64,000 nucleotides of DNA from Carcharhinus amblyrhynchos (GCA_965287045.1 OZ336885.1:63364001-63428000); one strand, 5' to 3'; positions 13,340-27,209 are shown, counted from the stretch's first letter. A program made the numbers and translations. Notes: generated by a model not told the origin, from the letters alone.

Positions 13340-14120
13340 TTGAGTCGAGCCAAGCACCGATGGGAAAAAAAAAAAGAAAATGTGATGTTGAATGGTTTTA
13401 CTCGCAACCAAAAGGTAAGCTGAATAACCCTAGTTCAACAAACTATACTGTAATGGGCAGAACAATTTGGAACAATAACATGCAAAATGAAATTTTCGTG
13501 ACTGTCCACAATTTCCTAAGTGGCAACAAAGGTGGCCAGTGCTATTAAGAAAGGTCATGTCATGCATGAATTCATCAGCTGGGATCTTGAGTACAAGAGT
13601 TAGGAAATTATGCTGCTGCTATATTATCATTTTCTAATGCCACATTTGGAGCATTGGATGCAGTCCTGTTCATCAAACTACTCGCAAGTCGTGGAAACAT
13701 TTGAGAGAGTTCGAGTATGTTCACCGTCTGTTGCTTGGTCACAAGATTGACGGCTACGAGAAGAGTTTGAACAAATTCGATTTTTTATTTTACTGCACAG
13801 TCGGTGGCTGAGAGGAGACCAGATAAAGATATATTATGTTATTAGAAGAAGAGCTAGGTGAATGGTCAGTTGTTTTTTTTTCTGAATCGGTAAATGCCGA
13901 TTACAATTCACAGGTTCAAATTCAGGGGAGGAAACTTTAACGGAGATGTGCCAAGCTGTTCTTTGTTCATGCAGAGAATGATAGGTGTATGGGCTGCTAG
14001 TGGGAGTTGTGGAAGCGGCCACAAAAGCAGCATTTCTGTGTTATCACGTTGACTGCATCGGTGCCGACAGGATAGAAGCATATGGACCAACGAAAGGCAG
14101 AAGGCTTATTTTTAGTTAAT
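13340..14120 (+). mobile_element. CR1 LINE fragment, heavily decayed
   Basis: Degenerate ORF2 C-terminal motifs (gccacatttggagcattggatgcag, ggctgagaggagacc). Confidence 0.7.
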
Positions 14121-14877
14121 TTAGAACATCATTATCAGAAGAGGCTTGGGGTCGTGGGCTGGGATCTGGGTGGGTGTGGCGAGGCCTGCTCCTGTTCCAT
14201 GCCTTGTACCTTGCGATTTGAATTTTCAGATTTTGTTTTACTCCCCCTGGTTTTCTCTGAGGTGATAGCCAGGACGTCCTTTCAAGAAACCATCCTACAT
14301 TCAGAGATGTCTGCTCAAAGTCTTGTCTCACTGATTTACTCATAAGAACTCAAGACCCTTAGTGTAACGAAATTGCCAATGTTTGGAAAGGAATGCCTCT
14401 TGATTCTGCGCATAACTTTGCATTGATTCTGCGCACCTGCAGGTGGTTACTTGTTGGAGATCTTCGAGTCCAAAATCTTAAATTAAACAGCCCATGATCT
14501 ATCACGGCTCTCTCTGGAAACTGCCCTGGAATCTCAGGCTTTCTTGTTTTTAATGAAAAGAAAAACATCGTGCTAATGCATGAAGTCCAAAGTTAGCCAA
14601 GTAAAATCCTCATTTCTAGACATCAAAACAATTCAGGCGTAAGAAAAGTCAGTTATTGAACATGACTGGTCCTGCTGGAATAATTATTGTGCTGTTGCAT
14701 TCTATCCAGTGTTATCCCCACAATTAGTTATTCTGTGAAGTTGCATACATCTGTCAAACAAGTCATGGATAACTTCGCATTTTTGCAGCTCTTCGAGCAC
14801 GAAAATAATTTTGAATGTTCAGCTAGTTTTCCGGTAATTGATCTGCGACATGGAGGGAATAAACCATCTACGCTTAC

Positions 14878-14901
14878 AATTCTGAATGCGCAGCTCACAT
14901 A
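14878..14901 (-). CDS. Tentative 24-nt microexon (V)CELRIQN
   Basis: catctttatgtttag|tatgtgagctgcgcattcagaatt|gtaagc; ends in T, so direct joining to the 11257-11283 exon gives TAG. Confidence 0.45.
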
Positions 14902-14969
14902 CTAAACATAAAGATGACATCATACTTGAATGGCAGAGCCAAGCAAATATGCATGAGTGTGATTTCAAT

Positions 14970-15285
14970 AAGTTTACGTTTATGTAATAGTCACAAGAGG
15001 CTTGCATTAGTACGGTTGTGAAGTCACTGTCAATATTTCGCAGTCGCCAAACTCCGGCCCCTTATGGGATACACTGCAGGACAATTTAGCACGGCCGGTG
15101 CACCGAACCAGCACGTCATTCGGATTCAGGAAGGGAAACGGACCGCCCGGAAGAAAACCACGCAGACAAAGGGGGAACATGCAGAATGTGCACACATAGT
15201 GAGACAAGCCCGGAATCGGATCCAGACCCTGCGCTGTCCGTGTCGCCATCAGAGACGGGAGGGCAACCTTGCTGCCCTCGTGCAT
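14970..15285 (-). mobile_element. HE1-type elasmobranch SINE
   Basis: Reverse complement has cgattccgggcttgtctcactatgtgtg...gtctgcgtgg core and cttgtgactatta tail. Confidence 0.8.
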
Positions 15286-15319
15286 TGTTCTGTAAAACGA
15301 AACATGCAAGTACCGCAGG

Positions 15320-15980
15320 CAGGAAATAATTAATCTGCTATGTTGGCCATAGCAGCAAGAATCTTTGAGTGAACAGAAAGGGAGGTTTACAACGCTGCAA
15401 TTTTGTGGAGTGTTCGTGAAGCCACTGTTGAAGTAATGCACGCAATTTCGGCGTGCTTACTTCTGGAAGGATATTCTTGACATACAAGGAGATCAGCGAA
15501 GTTTATCAGGCTGTTTCCTGATGTGCTAGGCCGTTATAAGGTGACAAAGGTTATCATTTCGGAATATGTTCGTTGGTGTTTAGAAGAGTGACGGAGAATC
15601 TTCTTGAAACTTGTAACAATATGATAGGATTAAACAGTTTGGATTAAGAAATAATGGTCTCGATGGCGTGGACTCCAGTCCAGGAGTGTCAGGTGCAAAT
15701 CGTTTAAAACTGAGGTGAGAAGAAAATACTTTACCCAGAATTTGATAGATCTGCAGAAGTCAGTACCACAGAGCGAAGTCTAGGTTAAAATATTGTGCGA
15801 TTAAATTATATACAGCTGTTTGGAATAAAGTGACCACCTTTTTTAATATATGGCGACGGGGCGTCGTTATCATGATATTGAATTTGATGTTCGGCCTTTA
15901 TCAACATTAATGCAGGTGCTGTCTCAAAGGTCCGAATGACTTGCCGCCGCTTCTACTTTTCCGAGGTTTCTATTTCTTTT
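15320..15980 (+). mobile_element. CR1 LINE 3' fragment, decayed
   Basis: Degenerate ORF2 end (tacttctggaaggatattctt, ggtgtttagaagagtgacggagaatc) and tail. Confidence 0.7.
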
Positions 15981-16196
15981 GATCTCACATTACAGCTATG
16001 AACTTGATGAAATGAAAGTGCATCGGTCATCACAACTACCTTATTTTCTGTTATCTGGCTTCGTGTTTTCCTGTTTTCGTGCCACTCTATCAGTCAACCT
16101 ATCATCTTGTTTTCAAACACATATATTATATGTACACACGTATAGAAATATATACATAATTGACGTTTTATTTAACAGCCAAAGGCTAAAAGATAC

Positions 16197-16223
16197 CTTT
16201 ATCCTTATTTGCAGCATTTTTCT
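16197..16223 (-). CDS. 27-nt microexon (E)KNAANKDK
   Basis: catcaattcttcag|agaaaaatgctgcaaataaggataaag|gtatct. Confidence 0.7.
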
Positions 16224-16901
16224 CTGAAGAATTGATGAATCAGAAAAAAAAACTTTGTTTTACTGATGCATATGGAAATTTACTTGTGTTGAACAGACAA
16301 TAATGTCACCTCGCGGTAGCAAACTAAAATAAAACAATAATCTTAAGTAAATATGTACTTCACGTAGTGACGTGGAACAGTGAGTTAAAGACACGCATAT
16401 AGTCATATGCACCTGGTTTGCATAAATTGGACAATATTGGCCTTTGGTGGTGAAGATCAGTAACATGTTGCTCGGCAAACGTTCATTTTGCATGTGATAA
16501 TACATGCAACTTAGAGCAGTTTTTTTTTCAAATGCGTTACGCCATCATAGAATACAGAAACGACGCTGCATAAAAGTCTATACGGCACACAGAGGCCCCA
16601 GTGACTCTCTGGCAGATTATCGTATTCAAGTCATTCCCCCTGTTCTACCCTGATTTTCCGATGCATTTGCTATGTTCATGAAGCGGACGACGCTACGTGG
16701 AGAGGTTGCATCCAGGGCAAACAACGCATGTTCATTCGATAGAAAATATTGTTCCGGTGACAAAAAAGGCAAAGCAAATGCGGACAGAAATTCCTTCAGT
16801 AATTCAGTGTGGAAAGCCCAATGGTTAATGTGTTCCAAACGCAGTGTATTTACACGTGAATTTAAATATGAAGCCTAACATCGAACAGGCTGATAAGCGA
16901 C

Positions 16902-16982
16902 CCCCCCCCCCCGCCCCCCCCCCCCCCCGCCTCCGCCACCCCGCCCCCGCCCCCTCCCAACATAAGCACACACACACACATA
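16902..16982. repeat. Poly-C tract plus short (CA)n
   Basis: Seen directly. Confidence 0.9.
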
Positions 16983-17604
16983 CATCCAAAATACATGCAT
17001 TACTTCTATTCAGTACTTTTTCGTGCAGTAAAGCATTCAGAACACTTATCATGTATATTTCTGAAATAAGACTGAAGTGCAGTACTGTCCAAATGTTGTG
17101 ATGAGACTTTAGGACAATTCAAACACTTCGAAAGTAAGGTTACAGGTAACATTTCTCAGAATTGTGCGAACAATTGTGTATTATACCCATTGTGATTGTT
17201 CACATTCCCTTCCGAATGCGAATGAAGATTGAATGCGTCGCTACCCCTGGAAAGTACACAAGTGACCGCAGGGTCATCTACGATCTGGCAGGCCACAACA
17301 TAACACATAATCTTCGGAAAAGAAAGCTATTTTACTGCAGGGTGCAAAGCTGTGCTTTGGGTACTTTCAGGTGGGCGAGAAAAGTAATTGCAAGGCGTGT
17401 TCATGCAACTGCTGGAATGAAAACAAATTCAAAGGCTGCACACCCCATAAAATTAACTGTATTGTCCCCACTGGATCTTGAATCAAGCACGGTTTTACAC
17501 GTATGTTGTAAAGGTTTTGTTAAATCTGATTTCGAATCAAGGACATGTTTTTTTTTATTGGGGCAACAATTATTTGGCAGAGCTACCAAAATAAAAGAAT
17601 CAAC

Positions 17605-17640
17605 CTGATTTCTTTAAAGCCTCTTTGCATTTTTCCAGTT
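17605..17640 (-). CDS. 36-nt microexon (E)LEKCKEALKKS
   Basis: attcgtgtctttcag|aactggaaaaatgcaaagaggctttaaagaaatcag|gttgat; similar to exons at 25021 and 28507. Confidence 0.8.
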
Positions 17641-18351
17641 CTGAAAGACACGAATTTAATGGCTTAGACATCAATTCCGTACAACTATATTGCATCCGAT
17701 TCCCAACAATAATTCATACTTTCTAGCAAAATTAGATAGATTGATCACGGTGTTTATCCATGCATCCTAAACACTCTGTCCCATCGCATTTTTAAAAAAA
17801 ATCCGGCTAAACATAACAGAATTTCTCTTTATTACGAAACTGTCTTCAGTATTTCATGACATTATTCGAATTTGAAGAAGATTGCACACACTTGGCAAAA
17901 TGAATTCAATTTGTATTGTCATGGCATCAACGTGTATATTGTCATGAGTGGTTCTAATGTCTTCACATGCTCACAGCAACGTCCAACGCTAACGCACAAG
18001 TAGATCGGTATTCTCACACCGGCTTAAGCATGTTATATTATCGTAGAAACATAGAGTTCGTGGAGGACAGAAGGAGCCCCATCGAGATTGAACAACAAAA
18101 CTTCCACCCAGGTCCTATACTTGTTAGCGAATATATTTACCCTGCTAAAACCCTTGACAAGAAGGAAAAAAAAACATATCATGACCAACCCATCTAAGTA
18201 GCACATACTTGATATTATGCCTTGCCACAAGAAGCAAATTACATGGAACATCGGCTCTGAAAACATGCAAGTTTAGGGTCTGTTCTGAAGTGATATAATT
18301 TCAGTGGGCATTTTGTTTTCTTAATTAACACTTTAGTGCAATAATAGTTAC

Positions 18352-18378
18352 CTTTTTCCGTTGTATTGAGTTTCTCTT
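18352..18378 (-). CDS. 27-nt microexon (K)EKLNTTEK
   Basis: ccattctttaacag|aagagaaactcaatacaacggaaaaag|gtaact; similar to exons at 28043 and 62064. Confidence 0.85.
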
Positions 18379-18839
18379 CTGTTAAAGAATGGATGGCAAA
18401 CCAGCAGAATTAATGAAAATTAAAGTTGGTTTTCTGGGCTTGATTGATTGAACATAGTCAAGCACGTTAAAACATTCATGTTGCAAAAACGATGGCATTA
18501 AGGTAACAATGTCATAAGTACATTAGCTCCAATTCTTGAAAGTTTGAAAACAATCTCATCTGAGTAACGCGCAATATGCAATCCGGTAAATTTATTTTTA
18601 TTCAGGCCATTGTTGGTACATCTGCCATGAGGTAAGAATGCACGAAACTCCAATTGCAGTTTTGCAAAGGTTCAATATAAATGTAATAAGGAACTTTTAT
18701 TCCTGCACTCAAATAACTCATTTTGCAATATACAAGACCAAGTCTTCATCTCCTTTATTGTTCCTCGTGTCTATGTGTTCCCTTTCACTGATACATGAGG
18801 AAACGTTGATGGCCAAGCAATTCCAGTTTCACTATCACG

Positions 18840-19260
18840 TTATAATTTCCGTGCCCTTCTAAAGTGGGCATTTTACCCTTTGTTCACAGTTTAAATCACC
18901 TGCCATTATTTCTCACTTTCTGGGCCAATGTAAGTTCTCTTCAGGTTTTGTTTTATCAGCATCACAACTCGTATTCATATTTTTGTGTTCTCATCACTTT
19001 TGGAAACATTATCTTTTGTAATTGCTTTCAAATTATTGATTAGTTTCGGAATTGCTGGACACCCAACCGGAATCCTTGCGACAGTTCATGCATTGCATCA
19101 TGCCAAAACGAAAATGACAATTTTTGTCCTACTTTATGGGAACTTCCGATTAACTCGTTCACAACCTGTGTCATAATATTCACATCTATCTTATGTTCTC
19201 GACTCTTGTTTACTACTCTCTTCTGTGAGATATTATGGAATGCTATTGAAAAAGTTAAAC
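18840..19260 (-). mobile_element. CR1 RT fragment, heavily decayed
   Basis: Degenerate match to the CR1 RT region (tctaaagtggg...cacctgccattatttctcac...ggacacccaaccgg). Confidence 0.5.
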
Positions 19261-19383
19261 ACGGAACAAGTTACGTCCAACTAATTTTGCTTAAAGCATG
19301 CAACCTAGGAAGTATTTTGCTGATACATTAACAACATAGCAGAAGAAGAAAAAAACAGCATGGTAGAAGTATGTTTTGCTTAC

Positions 19384-19419
19384 TTGTATCATTTTCCGTT
19401 TGGAGGCGACTGCTTAGTT
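19384..19419 (-). CDS. 36-nt microexon (E)LSSRLQTENDT
   Basis: cctcgtccgtattacag|aactaagcagtcgcctccaaacggaaaatgatacaa|gtaagc. Confidence 0.8.
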
Positions 19420-19779
19420 CTGTAATACGGACGAGGATGTTATTTTATTAAATGTAAATTACGATGAAATGTGTTGTTTGTGTCTTCCTGAATTGCGCAT
19501 ACTGTAATGAAAAACGTTTATACCCATCATATTGTTCGCTAAATTGAAGTGATATTCAGTCAACTTTTGTCCCCGAAATTAGACAATTTAGAGTGGGAGG
19601 TTGCGTTCAGGTCTTAAACTTGAAGTTTATTAATAGAAAGCCTTTACATCATTATATGCGTGCGTCAGACTAAAACTTTACAGTCGGGAGAACACAATCT
19701 CAGTTCACATCCTGATAAAGATAATCAATCCGTGACCAAAATTTTGTAATAATAACTCACAATTCTTATCATTTTTCAA

Positions 19780-21540
19780 GTTTAGAATGTGATCGTCAGC
19801 ACCAGGCCAACCTATAATTTCACTTGAGAATCTGCTGGTGAGGTGCCATATTTTGTCATTGAAGACTATTTCTCAAAGGCACCTGCAATATTGCCTTGAA
19901 CTGATTGCAAGGATTACAGGTAATATTATTGTGTTTGTGATTTTAAAAAAAGTGTAAACAGGATGGTGTTTGTCTTCCCACACCATGAGTGGTGGTCGCA
20001 GCCCTGTCCATTAACTACTCACGTCATCCAAGTTTTGGATAGCGGTAGTTTGGACACATATTCGAAGTCTTGTTGTGATGTTGTAAAGTACTATGGACAT
20101 GGTGCATTCTATTGCCATGTGTGCCGGTTTGCAATGGAGCTATCAACGAACCAGTGTCACCTGGTGTCCAAATCGAAAAGTGTGTGTTTTTCTTCGTTTG
20201 AATTATGTAGCTTGACTCTTGAGTGATGATCCAAGACTTAGACAATTGAATAGCACTTCATCACAAACCTGACCTATCCTTTGTAGATCTCGAAGAGGCT
20301 TTCGGGATCTCGAAAATTACATACTCTCCACAGATTTTGAAGAATCGTTCTTGCTATTGGAAGCATAACGTTTGAGACGCAGCTTCAGGTCAGTTTCTGG
20401 ACAAATAATTATGTTTTCCTTTTGCAGGTCTCTGATGCTGATGCCGTTGTTTTATTTGGAATCTTTTTATACCATCTATGCTTGGCGGTTTGTCTTTCTT
20501 GGAAATTGTGCAGCGTGAATGTCATTTCACCATATCAACCAAACAGTATATAGGCAAATGAGGATTGCAACTAGCAATTTTCTGGTGTTTCAGGAGAACG
20601 GAAAGGTGCTGCACGTTGTGTACTCATTTGCCAATACTGAAAATTGTCTGGTAATGGATGGGAATGTCGGAGATGAAGCAACTAAATATTCTTAGCCCGA
20701 AGGCAAAATCTTTTACACCTTCTGAGAAGAAATGCAGCTCCAGGTAGTTTTGATCTACAACAACCAAACAAGTTCACATTGCAGCAAATATCAACAGTAC
20801 TGGTGGAAGATTTTCCACGACTCCCAACTGTTTATTTATTAACAACATTCCTTCATGTTGCATTCGGGCAGTGATAAATTTGCCGTTACAATCACGCTGA
20901 AATTTTGAGTTGATGTCTTCACGCTGATGTTCTCCTCAGTCCTGAGATGATGTCAGTAATGCAATGAATCGACCGAACCAAACAATGGAACAACAGAAAG
21001 CCTTTTTTTTTGTCGAGTCAATGCAGTTTGATGGAGGTTTCACAGACAGTTTTCATCATTTGGCAATTGGTTGAGATGTTTAGATCAGTTGAGGTTTGAC
21101 CGGTTTGGTTATGTCAATGTTGAATGTCTTCTTGAAACTGTTCGTATAGTGTTCGTTTCATGACATTAACATTCTTAGCTATTTCTTAAATATTATCTTG
21201 TGTTCATCACATTTAACGAAACCAGTGCTTTCAATCTTCAACTAATGAAGCCGAACTAATGTTCCTTCGAACATTGCTACTGCTCAGCTTTGATGGTCAT
21301 CTTCACTGGAAAAGGATGTCTTTTTTTAATGACTGCATCAGTGCCCTTCCAACTTAATCCTTACTTTTTCGAGTATGGATTCTTCAGGATTGTAATTTTT
21401 AGGTATAATCATTGTCAAATACTGATTGATACTGTGTCTTCCTGTGGGCAGTCGTCAAACTTGTTGCCTCCCAATACGACTACACCAGTGTCTAATGCAG
21501 TGTGCAGCCACCTGAGTTTTTCCTAAATCGTTGCTGTTCC
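19780..21540 (-). mobile_element. Old L2/CR1-group shark LINE, heavily decayed
   Basis: Collinear degenerate similarity to a common shark LINE 3' half recalled from memory (ttgagaa..ggtggtgag, ttgtagat, cagtttctgg); no intact ORF. Confidence 0.55.
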
Positions 21541-22070
21541 GATACATGCACACCATGTCGGTAGTATTGCGACGGATATTTTACATGCGATCTGCTTCAC
21601 AGAACATCACAATGTAAGACATGTCTTAATGCAGCAATTGCCAAGATCTCGAAACGTTGACCTAATTTTAGAATGCGAAGGCACTGTTTGCCACTGTAGT
21701 TCCATTTAGTTCGAAGACAATATTAAATGTTCATTTCAATTGATTTGGAGTAATTTTATGGATATCGCTGATGGCACTGTTTTCAGTAAATTAGTTTTGC
21801 ATGCCATTGACTATCTGGCGGATATGCTCTGATATGTAGACAAACGGCAGGGATACAGATATTGGAATATGAATTGCGGGAACATTCATGCAATATATTT
21901 TGTTCTTATTGTTCAGGCAAATTATTTCAAAACCATCAACTTGAGCAAGTAAGTTTAATCACTGACAAACTTTTTTTTATTACAATACAAATGAAAGTGC
22001 ATAATGATTAGCGGAACAAAAAAAAGATGCAGGTTACTGCAGTTACAAAATGAAAAATAACGACAAGTAC

Positions 22071-22100
22071 CTTCCTTTGTACGTATAACAGCCAGATCTT
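22071..22100 (-). CDS. Tentative 30-nt microexon (E)DLAVIRTKE
   Basis: gcaatgccag|aagatctggctgttatacgtacaaaggaag|gtactt; weak acceptor, frame-compatible. Confidence 0.3.
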
Positions 22101-22547
22101 CTGGCATTGCATTAATCGTTGCTTTGCATTGGAATTTTACGTCAAATCCATCATTATTAACACCTTTCTAGGGCCACGTTAGAGAAATGTGCTGAATTAT
22201 GAACTTGAGCTTGCGCAGACTGTGTCCATTGGGCACACGCATAATACTGAGCGCAGAATATCCTGAAGTTCAGCCGCGAGTGAACAAGCAGAACACGTCT
22301 TTGGGATATCAGCACAGGTAGTGTCTCCATTGCTAGCACTGTTAACCTAACATTTTCAAAAGGAGTTGTACGTGTACTTTTGATTTCATGTGGTGCATCA
22401 AATATGATGTGACACATTTCGGCTAATATACACCTGTGCTTCACGGAATAATGTTTCAAGCGATTGCAGTTGAATTACATTTTACATTATGTGAGATGGT
22501 GCAGAAATTAACACTGGCGCACTCAGGGAGGGAACTGTCATATTAGG

Positions 22548-22612
22548 CACACGTACACGCACGCACACACCCCCCCCCCCCCCACACACACACACATACA
22601 CACACACACGTG
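22548..22612. repeat. (CA)n / poly-C microsatellite
   Basis: Seen directly. Confidence 0.9.
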
Positions 22613-22784
22613 TGTATGCTACTCATGCACCTCTCGTCATGGAATTTTACCTGTGATTTTGTCCGTTTGCAATGTTGAAGGCCATTCAAATGAATTCATT
22701 AGTTAACGCAATGTTTTTTTTCTCTCAAATGTGATCATCTATATGCATTTTGCAATCAATGTTCTGTATCAAGCATTCACTTAC

Positions 22785-22799
22785 CATTCTTTAGATTCT
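22785..22799 (-). CDS. 15-nt microexon (Q)NLKN
   Basis: catttctcaaattcacag|agaatctaaagaatg|gtaagt. Confidence 0.75.
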
Positions 22800-23298
22800 C
22801 TGTGAATTTGAGAAATGGTGGATAATTAAAATGCGTGTGTAGACGAAGTTAATCATTGATAATGAAACAGTTGTTATTATTTGAAAGACTTTTACGCAGT
22901 AGGACAAATAAAGGTGACTAAGTATCTGGAACACGCAATCATTTGATCGGGGAAAAGTGTATTGCTGAAATGAAACATATAGTAATAGCGTGACGTTAGT
23001 CTTCCACAACCTAATTACTCAAGGTACGCATACGTTTATCCTTCTTCCTTCTGCAATGAGCAGGGTCCATCCTTCTGCAAAAGAAAATTTAATATCAATC
23101 TACATCGCCTCGTGCCCTTGAGGTGGAGGGTTGTGGCGAAGGGTCGGGGGACTGGGTGGACAAGACTTTAAATTGTGTCGTTTCCAAATTAACACAGGAT
23201 TTTGGAGTAATGGCTATGCCAGGGAAATCACCAATCAACCTTGAATGTGTTGTTGTTAATTCACACAATGCTTGTCAGCTGACAGGTTATTACCAGCA

Positions 23299-23299
23299 C

Positions 23300-23350
<51 letters not shown>

Positions 23351-23377
23351 TGTTATTATTGTTGTTGTTGTTGTTGT
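23299..23377. repeat. Compound (TAT)n/(TGT)n microsatellite
   Basis: Seen directly; explains the poly-Y/poly-C in ORF 23123-23416. Confidence 0.95.
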
Positions 23378-23724
23378 AACGTATCTGCAAATTCCAGACT
23401 AGCTGTTAACCATTAAGCAACCTCTTCCGTTACTATTCCATTTATGAATCACGGTTCACTCTAAATTCCTTGTAGCGTGAAATATTATGATATTCAAAAA
23501 GCGGATTCTTCATTTTAAATCAATCAAAAACGTTGAAAAACGTGCGCAGTATTTTGTTTTAGTTTGCTATTTGGTAATTCAAGGTCTCCATTCTTGAGGG
23601 AATTTAACAGCGTTGTTTACTACATTAATTACAAATTTGAACGAACAGGCCTTGCCAAAATGGTGGTCCACAGACAATTCTAGCCAGTGTTCCGTCTCTT
23701 TATCATTTCCATTACACTGTGCTT

Positions 23725-24215
23725 AGATTCATAGAGGTTTACAGCACGTAAACAGCTTCTTCTGCCCAACTTGTTCATGCTGCCCCTTTTGTAACCCTAA
23801 GCTAATCCAATTGCCTGCTTTTGGTCCGTATCCCTCTATAGCAATCTTTCCCATGTAACTATCTAAATGTTTATTGAAAGGCACAATTTTACCCGACTTT
23901 ACTGCTATTTCTGACAAACTGTTCCAGAGACTCACCAAATTCTGTGTGAAAAAAAATGCCCCTCTGGACACGTCTGTATGTCTCTGCTCTCGCGTTAAAC
24001 CTCTACCCCCGAGTTTTAGACTCCCCCAACTGTGGAAAAAGCTCTTGAATATATAGTTGATGCTTGCCCTTCTTGTTTTATAGAACACTACGCTCATCCT
24101 TCTACGCTCCAGACAAATCAGTCCCAGCCTATCCAGCCTCTCCTTATAACATAAACCAGCAAGTCAGGTAGCATCCTGATAACTATTTTCTGCATTCTCT
24201 CCAGTTTAATAATAT
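23725..24215 (-). mobile_element. CR1 LINE 3' fragment
   Basis: ORF 23729-24097 (FFTQNLVSLWNSL...HLDSYMG...EGYGP). Confidence 0.9.
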
Positions 24216-25020
24216 ATTTTATCTTTAATAATGATCTGTGTAACCTGCTTTCTTTTTCTACATAAATCACAAGCATAAAGCTTGAACGACATTTCCCAAA
24301 TCATCGACGTTTAAACATATTTTAAAACACTGCCACAGGGAGGTATAATTATGTTGTCTTCAAATAGGTTGCACCATCTTTCTGCACATCGATCTGCCCA
24401 GTTCAGCGACATCGGGATGTTCGATTTTGCCTCATTCTGGACATTGTGGAATATTCATAGTTCTGAGCGACGTTAACAGCTGGTATTGTAATAAGGACGT
24501 TTCAATCCAATCAAAACGTGGTGATGACAGAATTTCTGTAAGTTGTAAAACGTGTTTTTAGTTATTTTCATAATGATTAAAGGTGATGACTTTGAAAAGA
24601 GCAACCATACTAATGGGTATGTGGATGACCTGTGAGTAAACGTGGTGCACTTTCAAAACAAGTCAATCACTTTCAGGAATCTTGCAACACCAGTGGCATC
24701 TATGAAGTTCCGTTTCATTCAACACATAGAATGAATGTATAGCACGATTGTTAAAAAAAATACAGTTATTGTATATGCCACTTCCTTAAAATGCCAATAA
24801 TTATTTTGTCCGTAGTGGGTAGGACCATCGTCTTATATGTCAAAGTAATTTCAGGTGCATTGCAGACTTCTAATTTCACCGAGATGGCATCATATCTACG
24901 GGTAATTTATTATTATTAATATATTATTAATGTCAGTGGATTTTTCACGATTTGTGAAAGTCTGTTTGATTGGTTGAAATTTAATGTTACCAAATTGAAA
25001 TTGGGAAATTATTTTCTCAC

Positions 25021-25056
25021 GGAAATCTTTCAAGGCGCCTTCGCATTCGCTTAGTT
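25021..25056 (-). CDS. 36-nt microexon (E)LSECEGALKDF
   Basis: ttttcatctacattgcag|aactaagcgaatgcgaaggcgccttgaaagatttcc|gtgaga. Confidence 0.85.
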
Positions 25057-25689
25057 CTGCAATGTAGATGAAAACACCAATTATTTTCAAGATTTCTTGT
25101 TTTGTATTCAATCATTCCTGCTCAACAGACAATGAGTCAGCATGCCTCCTTTTCTGATCCGATGGAGAGCTGTCATATTTATACAACTGAAACGCTCATT
25201 CTTCGCGCATGCCTGCAGTGACTTTCATTCTGCAACACACTGTTTAACAGGACTCATCTGTTTTTGTATTATAAGCCACAATATTTGAGGCTAGTTCAAG
25301 AGGTGTGGGCTTGATGCTGATGCAATATAGTTGTAAAAAAAAAATTGCAAGTTTCCATTTGCGGAATGCTCAGAAACGTGGTGTAATATGCACACTTTGA
25401 AATACCAGTTGGAACATGTCGGTTCAGTCAATGTGTCATGGTAAATGTGTCAGCGTGTTGGCAGGTTGAACATTGGGCTTTGCGCTTTGAAGTGAAAACA
25501 TTGCATTGAGTCGCCCTTTAGTTTCAACGCAAGGTTACACAAATAACTACAAAGTAAGTGTGAGTTTTAATGTTGATCATTTGAGAGTATGGTGCAATCA
25601 AACAAGGAAGCGTTTATTTTGCAGAAAAAAACACCGACACTCTTCAACACAAAAGTTTTGCGCTTTTAAGTAGGAGTGTTTCAAACATT

Positions 25690-27000
25690 GATCAAAGAAT
25701 AGTATATCACGGGAACAGGGATTTCGGCCCTCCAAGCCTGGGCCAATCACGGTTACCAACTGAGCATATCCCTCGATTCCCCATTTGCTCGCATGCATTT
25801 TAAGATAAGTCTTAATTGAGACTAACCTAAATGCCTCAACGAGTTTAGCTGGCGATGTAGTGTACGCCCTCACCACTCTCTGTGTAGAAAACGTCTCCCC
25901 CACATGTCCACTGAAACTTTCCCTCTTATTTTGACATTGTGCTCCGTTGTAATTGTCATTCCTCCCGCGGGAATGCTTCCAAATGATCATTCAATTTCTA
26001 CCACGCACAGTTTCATTAATGTCTAGCAGGTTGACCCTCTGCCTCCGTCTTTTCAGGGAGAACAATACAAGTCTATTCAATCTCTCTTCAGAGCTAATAT
26101 CATCCATACATGACAACATCCTCGTAAACGTTTTGTTTCTTTTCTGCACTCCCTGCAAGCCTCCACATACTTTTGGTAGCGTAGTGGCCAAAAATGAGCA
26201 CTGTATTCCAAATGCAGCGTCACCCATTTTTTCATCCAACGGTAACATCATTTGCCAAGTTTATTACTCCGTGCCCCTTCCGATAAAGGCAAGCGTGTCT
26301 TGTGCTTTCTTCAACACCTCTTCACCTATTCTGACATTGTAATGATCTGTGAACCAAATTAAACGAGAGAGCCGTGAACTCCCATGTACGGAACAATGAT
26401 CTTTACCGCTAACAAGACTAATAATTTCCAAATGTTTATCGGCCCTATTCCTAAGAAACTTCTCCAAAAGTTTCCTTTTCCCACACGTCCAGGTTACTGA
26501 CCTAAAATTATCCAGGTTATCGTTGCTACCCTTCTTAAATAAACGCAGAACTGTGGCTAACCGAAAAAAATAACCTGCGACCTCACCTAGGCCAACGAAG
26601 TAAAAAACACTTTTGTTAAATTCCCACAATCTCATCTCCCTCAGAAATGTTGCTATCTGGCGTGGCGGATTCGTCTATCTGAACGCTTTCAAATTTTCCT
26701 AAGATTTCCTCCCTTGCAATGATAAATTGTTCTAAAGGGAGGAGAAAAATGTCCAAATCAACGTCAATCGACGTGACCCTCTGCTTTATGAATACTGATG
26801 AAACATACTCATTAAGGATCTCACCCACGTCGTTTGGTTCGACAAATAATTTCTCCTGAAGTAGACTCTATAGCTACCATTTTTTCCTAAAGTATGTCTG
26901 AATTGATGTCTTAAAATGATATTGAAAAGGCTCGCACGCTCAATAAACAACCACAAAGACAATTGTTTTCTTATTCCTTGCACTGTTTCATAAATCACAT
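25690..27000 (-). mobile_element. CR1 LINE, decayed with internal deletions
   Basis: ORFs 26616-26828 (MGEILNEYVSSVF), 26264-26635 (LAFIGRG), 25991-26251, 25598-25990 (FSTQRVV). Confidence 0.9.
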
Positions 27001-27036
27001 TGACTTAATCACCCGAGTTGGCAGAATGTGTTAGCG

Positions 27037-27037
<1 letters not shown>

Positions 27038-27120
<83 letters not shown>

Positions 27121-27150
27121 AAGTGTAAGTTTGTGTGTAAGTGTGCGTGT
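27038..27150. repeat. (GT)n microsatellite
   Basis: Seen directly. Confidence 0.97.
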
Positions 27151-27209
27151 ACAATTATTCAATTAGTTAATCTTTTAACTCCAGTTTAACAATTTCGCCC
27201 AAATATTAC

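Noticed and set aside
21917-21948. Plus-strand exon-like segment (gttcag|...|gtaagt)
   Set aside because: Isolated, 32 nt, and no partner exons seen on the + strand.
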